Assembly: GCA_003696425.1 (NCBI GenBank)
Contig: RFHI01000259.1
Location: forward strand, 1 to 51,040
Direction of reading: 5' to 3'
From: Candidatus Dadabacteria bacterium
Lineage (GTDB): Bacteria; Bdellovibrionota_C; UBA2361; J046
Length of the DNA: 51,040 nucleotides
The notes beneath the pieces were generated by a model, which was not told the DNA's origin, searched no databases, and saw only the letters and a program-made list of their open reading frames with translations. How positions within the stretch are numbered: position 1 is the stretch's first letter; the number at the start of each line of letters is the position of its first letter. Made by a program: the position numbers and the translations under genes. Positions 1 to 10,210 of this stretch are shown piece after piece.

Positions 1-2
1 AA

Positions 3-899
3 AAATATCTGGTCCCCAGACAGCTTGAGGAGAACGGCCTGGCCGGCCAGAAAATTGCTTTTCAGAAAAATGCACTTAAGTTTTTAATAGAGCATTACAC
101 CCGTGAGTCGGGTGTAAGAAACCTTGAACGCGAGATTGCCTCGCTCTGCCGCAAACTGGCGCGTCGTTTTGCTGAAAATAAAAAGCTCACCCGCAGAGTA
201 ACCCCGAAACTGGTGCGTGAGCTGCTTGGTGTTACCAGATTTGATCCGGAGCCTGACGAAGATCGCGATGCGGTTGGGCTTGCGCGCGGGCTGGCCTGGA
301 CAGTTTATGGTGGTGAAGTAATGCCGGTTGAGGCTTCAGTTGCAAAAGGAGCGGGAAATCTCTCACTTACCGGCCAGCTCGGTGATGTAATGCAGGAGTC
401 GGCCCGGGCTGCCCTCTTTTATGCCAGGGCAAATGTCGATCTGCTTGGAATCGATAAAAATTTTCACCAGAAGTTTGATTTTCATGTGCATGTTCCGGCC
501 GGGGCGACTCCCAAGGACGGACCGTCTGCAGGTATTACTATAGCTACCGCGCTTGTATCGGCTCTTACCGGAAGAAAGGTTGCCCGTGATATTGCCATGA
601 CAGGAGAAATTACCCTGCGGGGTAACGTGTTGCCGGTTGGCGGGCTTAAGGAGAAATCACTGGCAGCCTTAAGACACGGTATTAAACGCATAATAATTCC
701 CTTTGCCAACATAAAAGATCTTGAAGAGATTCCTCCTGAGCAGCGCAGGAAAATTAAATTTATCCCGGTAAAACATATCGCAGAGGTACTTGAAATTGCT
801 CTACTTGATAGACGTGCGGGTGCTCGGGCTGGTAAGGCAGCAAAGGAACAGGGAAAGCGCAGAGGAAAAAAGGCATCTGTAAGAGTTTCTGTCAGTTAA
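3..899 (+). CDS. lon: ATP-dependent protease La (Lon), C-terminal part, truncated by window edge
   Basis: Frame open from nt 3 (KYLVPRQLEENG...YTRESGVRNLEREIA). Protease domain has PKDGPSAG (catalytic Ser), AMTGEITLRG and GGLKEK (catalytic Lys). Confidence 0.97.
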   Translation, partial: KYLVPRQLEENGLAGQKIAFQKNALKFLIEHYTRESGVRNLEREIASLCRKLARRFAENKKLTRRVTPKLVRELLGVTRFDPEPDEDRDAVGLARGLAWTVYGGEVMPVEASVAKGAGNLSLTGQLGDVMQESARAALFYARANVDLLGIDKNFHQKFDFHVHVPAGATPKDGPSAGITIATALVSALTGRKVARDIAMTGEITLRGNVLPVGGLKEKSLAALRHGIKRIIIPFANIKDLEEIPPEQRRKIKFIPVKHIAEVLEIALLDRRAGARAGKAAKEQGKRRGKKASVRVSVS

Positions 900-901
900 T
901 C

Positions 902-1906
902 ATGTTCCTTAATTGTAAAAGACTGCTTAAAGTACTTTTTGTTGCAGTGGTTTTGTTTTGTAACAGTGCGGCTGCTGATGAGTTGTGTTTTTACGTAAAC
1001 TCATCGGGAAAAGTTAAGCAGGTTAATTCAAAAAAAGATATTCCTGGAAAGTACAGAAAATCTGCCCGCTGTGTTAAGGCACCAGGCAGTAGTAATCTCG
1101 CTGCTCCGCAGGATGTGGAGCTTGAAGGGACCACGCGGCATGAAAATATGGCCTCCTCTGTAGGGCGCATTCACCTTCGCTGGCCCAGAAAGGTTGAGAA
1201 AATTTTTGGCAGAACTCCGCAGCGTGCCATGGCAGATGCAGCACGGGCTGTAAGCCGCGCCCTTAAAAAAGGTGGTTGGCCGATAGAATTACAGCGGCTT
1301 GATATTGAGTGGCAGGTGGTTTTTCTTGATGAAAATCTTCCGGAGCACCAGATTCCTTCATATCTGGTAAATAACTGTCATCCCGGCTGGATGACTCCGC
1401 CTGCAAATATTTATATTGTTGCCCAGCGGGCAGCTGCGGGTTGTGGAGGTGGCAGGGTAAGTACCTCTGAAGCTGATGCTCGCCTGGCCCAGGTGATAAT
1501 CCACGAAATGGGGCATGCGGTTGAATACCAGCTTTTAAAGGACTTTAACCCGCTAAATCGCATGCGCTCTGAGGGTTTTGCCTGCTGGTTCGAGCAGTAT
1601 GCATCGGATTTTTCAAGTGTGATTAAACGCGGCAGGGTAAAGAAGTTTTATATGGCCCTGGCCCGCGAGGCGATTAAGACCAGTCCGGGGAGTTTTTACT
1701 TTCGGGGCTCAGCTTATGACTATGCGCGCGCTTCTCTTTATTTTCATGCAGTCGTAAGTAAAAAACGGATAAGAGGGCTGATGGATGTCTACCGTTTGAT
1801 TAACAGCGACAGAATCCCCTTCTTCCAGGCTGTTGATAAACGCCTTAACTGGTCGAGGAAAAAGCTTGAAAACGAGGCCAGGAAAATCGCCCTGGGTCCT
1901 TTTTAA
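902..1906 (+). CDS. Secreted putative zinc metallopeptidase (gluzincin/peptidase MA-like)
   Basis: Signal peptide ending AAA-D; HEMGH (HExxH) followed by SEGFA with a third-ligand Glu; small N-terminal DUF4124-like segment (YVNSSGKV...IPGKYR). Confidence 0.6.
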   Translation: MFLNCKRLLKVLFVAVVLFCNSAAADELCFYVNSSGKVKQVNSKKDIPGKYRKSARCVKAPGSSNLAAPQDVELEGTTRHENMASSVGRIHLRWPRKVEKIFGRTPQRAMADAARAVSRALKKGGWPIELQRLDIEWQVVFLDENLPEHQIPSYLVNNCHPGWMTPPANIYIVAQRAAAGCGGGRVSTSEADARLAQVIIHEMGHAVEYQLLKDFNPLNRMRSEGFACWFEQYASDFSSVIKRGRVKKFYMALAREAIKTSPGSFYFRGSAYDYARASLYFHAVVSKKRIRGLMDVYRLINSDRIPFFQAVDKRLNWSRKKLENEARKIALGPF

Positions 1907-1919
1907 TTTATTTTGTGTT

Positions 1920-1947
1920 TTGACTGAAAAGTTCAGCCTGTTAAAAT
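1920..1947 (+). promoter_or_regulatory. Putative sigma70 promoter for the HAD gene
   Basis: TTGACT (1920-1925), 16-nt spacer, extended -10 TGtTAAAAT (1939-1947). Confidence 0.5.
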
Positions 1948-1986
1948 AGTTCCTGGAACTTTGGTACGCAGTAAAATTGTGTAGTT

Positions 1987-2994
1987 GTGGATCCTGGTAG
2001 CGCTTCTCAAATAATTTCCGTGGAATCGTCCCGGGCTTCAGTAGGGGAGGCCGGCACATCTTATGATGGGATAAGAACGCCCCCGCGGCAGCAGGTTGTT
2101 CTTCCCACCTTTGAACTTCCCAGACGTTATCCGCATTCGCCCGATTCTGGCTTCAAAAAAGAAGATGAGATGGTTCGCTTTGAGGGAATTACTGCGATTG
2201 GAACTGATCTCGATGGGGTTTGGCTTAACTACCGTGATTATGCTGAAAGTGCCAGCCAGCTAATGCTGGCCAGGTACGGCATCCACTATCAGTTAGACGA
2301 GCTCAGGCGCTTACGTGAGAATAGCGATGATCTTTTTGAAACCACCATACGACTGGTACTTGAAAAACTCGGACGTGTTGGAGATTTAGATACTGATAAT
2401 AAATTGCGCGATGAGCTGGTAGCAATTGAAAAGGAAAAATTCGGACACTTTCGCGATATTTTGCTTGTTTGTGATATTGCCAGAGACTGGCTGAATAGTG
2501 AGTTACCTGTGCCGTTTTTTGCAGCTACCAATCGCATGCCTGATGCTGCCTTTGAAGGCATTTATCATATAGGCATAGAGAGACTGGCCGATGCTTACGT
2601 AAGTCAGGATCCTCTACGGGGTATTCGACGTAAGCCGGAGGCTGACATGTTTGTTGAAGCCATGAATCGTTTAAATCTTTCAGGAAAAGTTATTTATCTT
2701 GAGGACACCCCTTCACATCATGCAGAGCTGAAGAAAAATGTGCTTAATGCTACAGATGGGCGGATTGAGATTGTGCCGATAGGTATATTGCCTCCAGGAT
2801 TTGGATACAGCAAGCAGTTTGAAGATTTACATTTTAAGGGCGGCGCTGTAGCAGTATTTCCGACTGTTACCCATTTTTTCAAGGATCTTGCAAAAGGGCT
2901 GAAGAAGTTCTGGCTCCACGAGCTGATTAAAGAGGATATGCAGCTTCACCGCCGGTCGCTGGGCCGACAGATGGGGGGACGCTGGGAAGTTTAG
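1987..2994 (+). CDS. HAD-superfamily hydrolase/phosphatase; start GTG 1987 or ATG 2170
   Basis: Motif I DLDGV, motif II ATNR, motif III RRKPEA, motif IV-like YLEDT. Confidence 0.7.
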   Translation: MDPGSASQIISVESSRASVGEAGTSYDGIRTPPRQQVVLPTFELPRRYPHSPDSGFKKEDEMVRFEGITAIGTDLDGVWLNYRDYAESASQLMLARYGIHYQLDELRRLRENSDDLFETTIRLVLEKLGRVGDLDTDNKLRDELVAIEKEKFGHFRDILLVCDIARDWLNSELPVPFFAATNRMPDAAFEGIYHIGIERLADAYVSQDPLRGIRRKPEADMFVEAMNRLNLSGKVIYLEDTPSHHAELKKNVLNATDGRIEIVPIGILPPGFGYSKQFEDLHFKGGAVAVFPTVTHFFKDLAKGLKKFWLHELIKEDMQLHRRSLGRQMGGRWEV

Positions 2995-3202
2995 CAAAGG
3001 CTTCTTTTAAGTACATCATCTCAAATGTTTCACGACTGATAATGAGGCTGGCGACTTTGCTAACCGTCTTGCTAAATACTTACCGTTGTTTGTCTGGTTG
3101 GTTTATACAATGATCTTTGCCTGCTATGTACCCATTAACAGAAGAAGCTAAGTATAAGATAGTTTTCACACGATCTCTTTTTTCTGCTGTTACAGCATGT
3201 TT

Positions 3203-4708
3203 TTAGCGTTTCAATCTTAATACCCAAACTTTTCCAAAGTGTTTTATCTTAACTGGTTTATACCCATATTGTTTAAATATATTTACAAATATGTTGCTGA
3301 TTTCTACATCGTTAAAGGAAATTATATCACTTCCCATAACAGTTAGAGTTATGTGTGAGCTAATAACAGGTTCAATTTTGTCTTTCCAGTACTCTCTTGA
3401 TTCAGGAGAGGCAGGAGCCAGAGGCAGCAATATCAATGGATCCTGGTACCTGTAAAAATAAAGAGGAGCGCTAAGATAATCGTGGTGTGATTTATTCTTC
3501 AGCCAGTCTACATTCTGACTTTCCACCAGAGCGGAGTAATACAGCAATGGCGTTCTATCTACTGAAGGTATCGTAGAAAGATATTTTACAGCATCGCGAT
3601 AGTTTTCTGTTCTGATAGACCTGCTGAAATCAAATAATGTAGCTGTGATAATAAATATCGCAATTAGTGTGCGTTTAGTCTTTTCGGGGGCTATCTGGCT
3701 AATCAATGTAGCCATAACCAGGGCGGCGGCTGGTTCTGTCCAGTAGGTATACTGTTCTTTAAATAATGAACTTGCTGACAACAACACAGATAGCAGATAT
3801 AAAAGTGGTGCGGGCGCGAGCAGCCATATTAAAATCCAAGACAACTTTCTGCTGAATAAAGTTTTAACTGCCTTCTTCAGGTATAACTTTCCTGGTGTCA
3901 CAACTATAGTGTACAGGTAAGCCAGCAAAAGAATTATCGGTGTATATGGACGTATTACGGAAGTCATTAGCTGATATGTTGTAATAACACCGTTAACGGC
4001 TAACAGGTTCATCCTGTTGTGAATATAAAGCAGATGATAAATGCCGGGGCTGGTAAGTACGGCCATTGCCAAGAGTATGACTATTACTTTCAATGCATTT
4101 AGAGAGGGCCTGGGCTTAAATGTTAAGAATATAACAATGTGAATTAGCCCAACCGCCCCATAAAGATAATGACTGTAAAATGCCAATAGATATGTCAGGG
4201 CATAAAATAACAAAGCCCGGCGCTTTGCTTTTAAGAGCCAGAGAAGTAAGTAATAGATTGAAGCCACTGAGAATAACAGAGCTAGGCAGTAAGGGCGGAC
4301 ATTGCTGGCCGCAAAGGTAGAACCTTCCAGCGTTATGAATATTCCTGTAGCTGAGATTGCCGACAGACGATCAAGAAGTAAATTTCCGAGCCTGTAGACT
4401 ATTATTGCACTGGCTGCAGTGCATATTACAGACGGAATCCGAAGCCCAAATTCGCTGTTGCCTGCAACGAGACGGGCAAAATATAGGATGACATAATATA
4501 AAGGGCTCTGTCCCTGGTATTTAAATGCTCTTAGAACAGTTTCGTATAAGCTGCCACTGGATGTCCAGTATGCAAGCGCCTCATCGAGCCATACAGATTC
4601 AAATAGCCTGTGTCCCCATATCCATGTAGCGCATAGAACGATCAAGTAGATTAGCCTATCATCACTGAGAGTGTGTGTAGTACCGCTTTGTGAGTTGTCG
4701 GTCATCAA
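3203..4708 (-). CDS. GT-C fold membrane glycosyltransferase (PMT/ArnT, GT39-like)
   Basis: Polytopic hydrophobic protein with WLDE, SPLYY, GLRIPSV, VRPY and YSHY motifs typical of PMT_2-like proteins. Confidence 0.75.
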   Translation of the reverse strand: MMTDNSQSGTTHTLSDDRLIYLIVLCATWIWGHRLFESVWLDEALAYWTSSGSLYETVLRAFKYQGQSPLYYVILYFARLVAGNSEFGLRIPSVICTAASAIIVYRLGNLLLDRLSAISATGIFITLEGSTFAASNVRPYCLALLFSVASIYYLLLWLLKAKRRALLFYALTYLLAFYSHYLYGAVGLIHIVIFLTFKPRPSLNALKVIVILLAMAVLTSPGIYHLLYIHNRMNLLAVNGVITTYQLMTSVIRPYTPIILLLAYLYTIVVTPGKLYLKKAVKTLFSRKLSWILIWLLAPAPLLYLLSVLLSASSLFKEQYTYWTEPAAALVMATLISQIAPEKTKRTLIAIFIITATLFDFSRSIRTENYRDAVKYLSTIPSVDRTPLLYYSALVESQNVDWLKNKSHHDYLSAPLYFYRYQDPLILLPLAPASPESREYWKDKIEPVISSHITLTVMGSDIISFNDVEISNIFVNIFKQYGYKPVKIKHFGKVWVLRLKR

Positions 4709-4796
4709 TTATTTAATAGTTCTTTGGTTAATGTGACTGATGGTTCTATTATCACCGGACTGCATGCCGGCATCAATCTTTAATTTTTTTGGGCCA

Positions 4797-5318
4797 TTAA
4801 GTCTTTTGTTTAGTATTCTGCAGTAGATTGCCAAGAGTGACCCTGCTCTTAACAGATTCTTCAAACCCGGGTGTCTTTCCGCAAATTTTACAGCTGCCGT
4901 CATCCTTTCGTGGAGGTTTAAGATAGAAGCGCAGTGCCAGGATAATGCTTTCCTGAAGAATCTCTTCTAAGTCTATGTGGTCTCCATTATAATATATCAG
5001 CCCGATATCATCGCTGTATTCATCATTATCTTGAATAAAATCAGGTCGGTGCTTGAATATATAATCAGCTCGTACTGTTAACTGTTGTTCGACAGGTTCT
5101 GCGCACAGGGCGCACGGCTGAATATATGTACTTGTTACACTGCCGCAAGATTCAGCACCATCAACATTTCTAGTAATTTCAAGATCTACTCTGGGTTCTA
5201 GTGTAAAGAGAATATCATTGTCTCTGCCTTCCATCATGCGGCGGTTTAGTGCCTCAAGCGAAAGCGTATCTGAAATTTTTAATCCTTCCGGTGGTATGGA
5301 ACTTATTCGAATTTTCAT
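4797..5318 (-). CDS. yceD: DUF177/YceD family protein (23S rRNA accumulation)
   Basis: MKIRISSIPPEG start with GGAG RBS; CALC; YNGDHIDLEEILQESIILAL; CKICG. Confidence 0.85.
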   Translation of the reverse strand: MKIRISSIPPEGLKISDTLSLEALNRRMMEGRDNDILFTLEPRVDLEITRNVDGAESCGSVTSTYIQPCALCAEPVEQQLTVRADYIFKHRPDFIQDNDEYSDDIGLIYYNGDHIDLEEILQESIILALRFYLKPPRKDDGSCKICGKTPGFEESVKSRVTLGNLLQNTKQKT

Positions 5319-5593
5319 GATTTTGTACTCCTGCCCGGCATTTATACCCTGAAAATCGTTCATATTAAAGTGTAATCCTGTTATAGTTAGGCGAGTGTCT
5401 ATTCAGACATAAATACGACTGGCTAAGATTTTAACCAGGCAACTTATTCGATATGCTGTCGAATCTATCCGGTAGCACGGGTAGTGTTTTAAACAGGCAA
5501 ATATACCGGCAGCTTTTGATGCCCGTTGCATTTTTTTGAAGCTGCTGATTATTATAGATTGTATAAACTTTATTATTGGAGAGTAGAACACAA

Positions 5594-6049
5594 ATGAGCG
5601 TTAATAAAGTAATACTGCTTGGCAACCTCGGAAAAGATCCTGAACTACGTTACACAGCATCGCAGATCCCTGTATGCAGCTTCAGTATGGCAACTAACGA
5701 GCGCAGAAAAGACCAGTCCGGCAATTGGAGCGACCACACCGAGTGGCATAATATTGTGACTTTCGGTAAAACTGCTGAAAACTGTGCCCAGTATCTGAAA
5801 AAAGGGCGACAGGTTTATGTTGAAGGTAGGCTTCAGACGCGCAAGTGGGAAGATAAAGAGGGGCGCGCAAGGTATACAACAGAAGTCCTTGCAAACACAG
5901 TTCAGTTTATAGGCAGCCGCGCTGATGAAGCAGTTGAAAAAACTTCGAGTGCCTTAGATTCAGTAAAACCGGCTGACGAGGTTGCAGCAGCTGCTGTAGC
6001 CGCTGGTGCTGAAGATATCACATTTGACGACGACGATATCCCCTTTTAA
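5594..6049 (+). CDS. ssb: Single-stranded DNA-binding protein
   Basis: [39 protein letters not shown], acidic C-terminal tip DDDDIPF. Confidence 0.98.
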   Translation: MSVNKVILLGNLGKDPELRYTASQIPVCSFSMATNERRKDQSGNWSDHTEWHNIVTFGKTAENCAQYLKKGRQVYVEGRLQTRKWEDKEGRARYTTEVLANTVQFIGSRADEAVEKTSSALDSVKPADEVAAAAVAAGAEDITFDDDDIPF

Positions 6050-6060
6050 AGCAGCAGGGT

Positions 6061-7119
6061 TTGGATAGAGCCGGTCGCTTTAAAGCAGCTTTAACAACAT
6101 TAGTGCTAACAGTATTGCTGTGTGTTCAGGCAGCTAAAAGCGACCCTCTTCATCAGATTGAATTTATTATAGATCTTTCAAGCTCAATGTCCGAATCACT
6201 CGGCGGGCACAGTAAAATTGATCTTTTGCGCGGGCTTTTAAAGGACGGGTTTTTCAGTGCCCCCCCTGGCTCGCTTGTAGCGCTTAGAGTCTTTGGCCAC
6301 AGGGCATCTGAATACGAACACGATAAAAGCTGTACAGATAGTGAGCTGGTTCTTCCGTTTCAGCCCAACGGGCTTTCACAAATTAGTCAGGTTTTATCAA
6401 AGTTAAAACCGCACGGTTACAGTCCGCTTGCATATTCAATCAGAAAAGCTGCAGCAGATTTTACTGATGATGCAGAGGTTATTCGCACTTTAGTAATTAT
6501 TAGCGATGGTCAGGATACCTGTGGTGGCGACCCGCTTAAGACTGTTAAGACGCTCAAAGAAAAAGGTTATGACATCAGGCTTCATATAATCGGCTTGGGA
6601 GTTAAAGATAAAACCGCAGAAGTTTTTAAACGAGTTGCTGAAGCTGGAAGAGGAAGTTTCCACAGAGTTAACGGCCCTGCTGAGTTCAGCGTTACTATGC
6701 AGCTGGTCTTTGAAGAGATTGCTGAGAGCAGGCCAGCCGCAAGTTACGGCGACCTGGGCCGAAGCGATGATGCCGGCTCTTCGCCACAGGAAGCTATGCC
6801 GATTCAGGTAAGGAGCTATGATAACAGTTTTCTTGGCGGTGAAGACAGAAGCGATGTGTATGAATTTTATGGAAGAGTGGGGCAGAAATATTACGTAGAT
6901 CTATACCTTCAGAGCCTGCAGAGTGGTGTTTCAGTGAAAATAACTGACTCTGATGGAGAAGTTTTACTTGATGAAAAATCTTCTGCCGGCCAGAAGCTTA
7001 AGGGCTCAATCTTTCAGATAGAAAAGAACGGAAGCTATTATATTATCGTTGTGCCCACAAAGGAGCTGCCACAAAAAACAGCTTATTCAATTGAGCTTGC
7101 CCGGCAGACAGATTACTAG
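6061..7119 (+). CDS. Exported VWA-domain protein with C-terminal beta-sandwich (PPC-like) domain
   Basis: Signal peptide; MIDAS DLSSSM; ISDGQDTCGGDP; C-terminal GGEDRSDVYEF segment. Confidence 0.75.
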   Translation: MDRAGRFKAALTTLVLTVLLCVQAAKSDPLHQIEFIIDLSSSMSESLGGHSKIDLLRGLLKDGFFSAPPGSLVALRVFGHRASEYEHDKSCTDSELVLPFQPNGLSQISQVLSKLKPHGYSPLAYSIRKAAADFTDDAEVIRTLVIISDGQDTCGGDPLKTVKTLKEKGYDIRLHIIGLGVKDKTAEVFKRVAEAGRGSFHRVNGPAEFSVTMQLVFEEIAESRPAASYGDLGRSDDAGSSPQEAMPIQVRSYDNSFLGGEDRSDVYEFYGRVGQKYYVDLYLQSLQSGVSVKITDSDGEVLLDEKSSAGQKLKGSIFQIEKNGSYYIIVVPTKELPQKTAYSIELARQTDY

Positions 7120-8210
7120 AAAATCAAAGTGTCATCAGGTGCGTGTCTTTCAGGCAAAAATTCTCTAGTTGATAGGGGATTAAAAATTAACTTGAGAGAG
7201 TCACCAGCAATATCTTTAATTACAACAGGTTGTTCATTTATAAGCGGTGCATCGAGGCCACTTTCGAATGTCTTGGGAGCTTTAAATATCCTGGCTTCGT
7301 CCCACAGGTTTTTAGAAATGAATGTATTTAAAAGCCTGCTTCCGCCTTCGACTAACAGTGAGAGTATCTTACGCCGGTATAAATCACCTAAAAGGTTTTC
7401 CAAAAGATTTTCGTCAAATTTAATCTTTGTGTACTGTTTTGATCCTGAAATTTTCTCAAGCTGTTCGTTTACAATAATAGTTTCATAAGGGTCGTTTAAA
7501 AGCTTAAGCTGGTCATTAAGGCGGAGGGTGCGATCGAGTACTATTCTTAGCGGTTGCCTTACTGCAGGGATATGCCGCACGGTCAGCTCAGGATTATCGT
7601 AAAAGGCTGTGTTTGTGCCCACCATTACAGCGCTTTCCTGTAGCCGCCAGTGGTGAACAAGTTTGCGGGACTGCTGAGAGCTTATCCATTTAGAGCTGTA
7701 GTCTTCTCTGGCTATGAAGCCATCAGCAGTTTCAGCCCACTTTAGAATAATGTATGGACGCTTCAAGCTGTTAAAAAGATAAAAGCGGCGGTTAAAGTAT
7801 TTGCATTCTTCCTCCAGGACTCCGCAGATAACATTGATGTTATGTTCTTTAAGAGATTCTATCCCTCTGCCGGCAACCTCCGGGTTGTTATCAGCCGCAC
7901 CGATTATTACTGATTTTATACCGCTCTTAATGATTAATTCACTGCAAGGTGGAGTGCGACCCTGGTGACAGCACGGCTCAAGGTTTACATAAAGAGTTGA
8001 ATCTTTAAGGAGCTCTTTATCTTTTACTGCATTAATTACTACAGCTTCAGCGTGAGGCTCACCACAGGCCCTGTGATAGCCCTCTGATATAACTTGGCCG
8101 TTACACACTATTAGCGCTCCCACCATCGGGTTGGGAGAAGTGTGCCCGGCTGCCTTTGCAGCCAGCTCAATACAGCGGCGTATATAGCAGGTGTCTTTTT
8201 TGTCTTGCAA
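7116..8210 (-). CDS. ribD: Riboflavin biosynthesis deaminase/reductase RibD
   Basis: SPNPMVGA, HAE, LEPCCHQGRTPPC, SKWIS, DNPELTVR, LLVEGG. Confidence 0.97.
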   Translation of the reverse strand: MQDKKDTCYIRRCIELAAKAAGHTSPNPMVGALIVCNGQVISEGYHRACGEPHAEAVVINAVKDKELLKDSTLYVNLEPCCHQGRTPPCSELIIKSGIKSVIIGAADNNPEVAGRGIESLKEHNINVICGVLEEECKYFNRRFYLFNSLKRPYIILKWAETADGFIAREDYSSKWISSQQSRKLVHHWRLQESAVMVGTNTAFYDNPELTVRHIPAVRQPLRIVLDRTLRLNDQLKLLNDPYETIIVNEQLEKISGSKQYTKIKFDENLLENLLGDLYRRKILSLLVEGGSRLLNTFISKNLWDEARIFKAPKTFESGLDAPLINEQPVVIKDIAGDSLKLIFNPLSTREFLPERHAPDDTLIF

Positions 8211-8277
8211 GATGCCCTTTATTTATTAATGAAAAGCACATAGTATCAAATTTGAAAAGCAAATTGTAAGCGATATT

Positions 8278-9903
8278 ATGCCTGATAGTAACTATTTTGA
8301 TTTTCTGGTTATCGGGGGCGGTATTGCCGGACTTACCTATGCTCTCGAGGTGGCTGATTACGGTAGTGTGGCGGTCCTCTTTAAGAAGGGCCTAAGTGAC
8401 TCATCGACAGCATGGGCCCAAGGCGGCATTGCTGCTGTAAGCGCTGAGGATGACAGCATTGAGCTACACCTCGAAGATACGCTTCGGGCCGGAGCAGGGC
8501 TATGCAATCCTGAGATTGTAAAGATAGTTGTCAATGAAGGACCGGCAAGAGTAAGAGAGCTCATAGGCAGGGGGGCGCATTTTGATAAAGACGGCGCCAA
8601 TTATCATCTTAACATGGAAGGCGGACATTCGAGACGCAGAATTTTTCATAATGCTGATGCCACTGGATATGAGATACAAAATACACTTTTAAAGCGTGCC
8701 GGTGAGCATTCTTCGATAACGTTTTTCCCGTACGCAAATGCCGTTGACTTAATTACTACCCATAAGCTGGGAGTGGATCGTGAAAACAAGAACAGGGCGG
8801 TTGGTGCTTATATATTGTTTCAGGATGGCTGTATTAAAGCTGTGCTGGCCAAGCACATAATGGTTGCTACAGGTGGTGCAGGTAAGGTTTATCTTTATAC
8901 TTCAAATCCTGATGTAGCTACCGGCGATGGCATTGCTATGTGCTTTCGAGCTGGAGCGCGTGTAGCCAATATGGAGTTTTTCCAGTTTCACCCGACCTGT
9001 CTTTATGATCCGAGAGCCAAAAACTTCCTGATTACGGAGGCTATGCGCGGAGAAGGAGCTGTGCTTAGAAGGCAGGATGGGACAGCATTTATGAAAAAGT
9101 ATCATCCGGATGGAGAGCTTGCGCCGCGTGATGTTGTTGCCCGTGCAATTGACCATGAGATGAAAGCAACTGGTGATGAATATGTGCTGCTTGATATTAC
9201 TTCGCGCAGTGCTGATTTTATTAAGGGTCATTTCCCTACGATTTATGAGCGTTGTTTAAAGCTTGGCTATGACATCACCAGGGAACCAGTTCCGGTAGTA
9301 CCAGCAGCTCATTACTGTTGTGGGGGAGTGTTGTCTGATAAAAATGGCTGTACCGATATTGAGAGGCTCTATGTAGCTGGAGAGTGTGCATGCACCGGGC
9401 TTCACGGTGCTAACCGGCTGGCGTCGAACTCATTACTTGAGGGGCTGGTTTTTGCATATCGGGCAGCAAAACATTCATTAAACACTCAGGGGCTAAATTC
9501 TTCGTTTTCTGTTCCTGATTGGGATCCTGGTTCTGCACGTGACAGTGATGAAGAAGTTGTTATTACCCAGAACTGGGATGAGATCAGAAGATTTATGTTT
9601 AACTATGTTGGCATTGTGCGAACCAATAAGCGTCTTGAGAGGGCGCTTCACCGCGCGGAATTGATAGAGCGGGAGATAAACGAATACTACTGGAACTTTA
9701 CGGTCACCTCCGATCTTTTAGAGCTTAGAAATTTAAGTCTTGTTGCAAGGTTAATTATTAAAAGTGCTATCTGCCGTAAAGAGAGCCGCGGGCTGCATTA
9801 TAATCTTGATTATCCTGAAGCAAGGGATGATCAAAGGGGTAATACAGTCCTTACACCGGTAAGAAACCATGAAAAGATAGAGATTGCGGCAGCTATTGAA
9901 TAA
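8278..9903 (+). CDS. nadB: L-aspartate oxidase
   Basis: GGGIAG FAD motif, WAQGGI, EGGHSRRRI, QFHPT, LAPRDVVAR, HGANRLASNSLLEG, ESRGLHY. Confidence 0.97.
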   Translation: MPDSNYFDFLVIGGGIAGLTYALEVADYGSVAVLFKKGLSDSSTAWAQGGIAAVSAEDDSIELHLEDTLRAGAGLCNPEIVKIVVNEGPARVRELIGRGAHFDKDGANYHLNMEGGHSRRRIFHNADATGYEIQNTLLKRAGEHSSITFFPYANAVDLITTHKLGVDRENKNRAVGAYILFQDGCIKAVLAKHIMVATGGAGKVYLYTSNPDVATGDGIAMCFRAGARVANMEFFQFHPTCLYDPRAKNFLITEAMRGEGAVLRRQDGTAFMKKYHPDGELAPRDVVARAIDHEMKATGDEYVLLDITSRSADFIKGHFPTIYERCLKLGYDITREPVPVVPAAHYCCGGVLSDKNGCTDIERLYVAGECACTGLHGANRLASNSLLEGLVFAYRAAKHSLNTQGLNSSFSVPDWDPGSARDSDEEVVITQNWDEIRRFMFNYVGIVRTNKRLERALHRAELIEREINEYYWNFTVTSDLLELRNLSLVARLIIKSAICRKESRGLHYNLDYPEARDDQRGNTVLTPVRNHEKIEIAAAIE

Positions 9904-10188
9904 TAATCGGATGAATCTTTCGTATACAGTCGACGATTTTGGCCCGCGACCGACCAGATCTATTCGCTACGGCTGTTATAGTTGAAGAGAGGCTGGCTAT
10001 TAGGGTGCATTACATTTACGTGGGGGTAACCGTCAGGATTGATTGGTTAACATACTGTTATATTTTAAGAAGAGTGAATTATCAGGGCAGATTTTTCTTA
10101 AGTAAACCGGTGCGTCGTGGCTAAATTGCAGCCAAAGAGAGTTTTTTGTATTAGTTATGTCCGGAGTTGTTACCCTTTAATAGATGAA

Positions 10189-10210
10189 TGCAGCCAGTTT
10201 ACTGGCTGCA
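10189..10210. terminator. Perfect inverted-repeat hairpin, possible terminator
   Basis: TGCAGCCAGT-tt-ACTGGCTGCA; U-tract is weak on both strands. Confidence 0.5.

Noticed and set aside
9939-10124. 61-aa ORF after nadB
   Set aside because: TTG start, no RBS and no recognisable motif.
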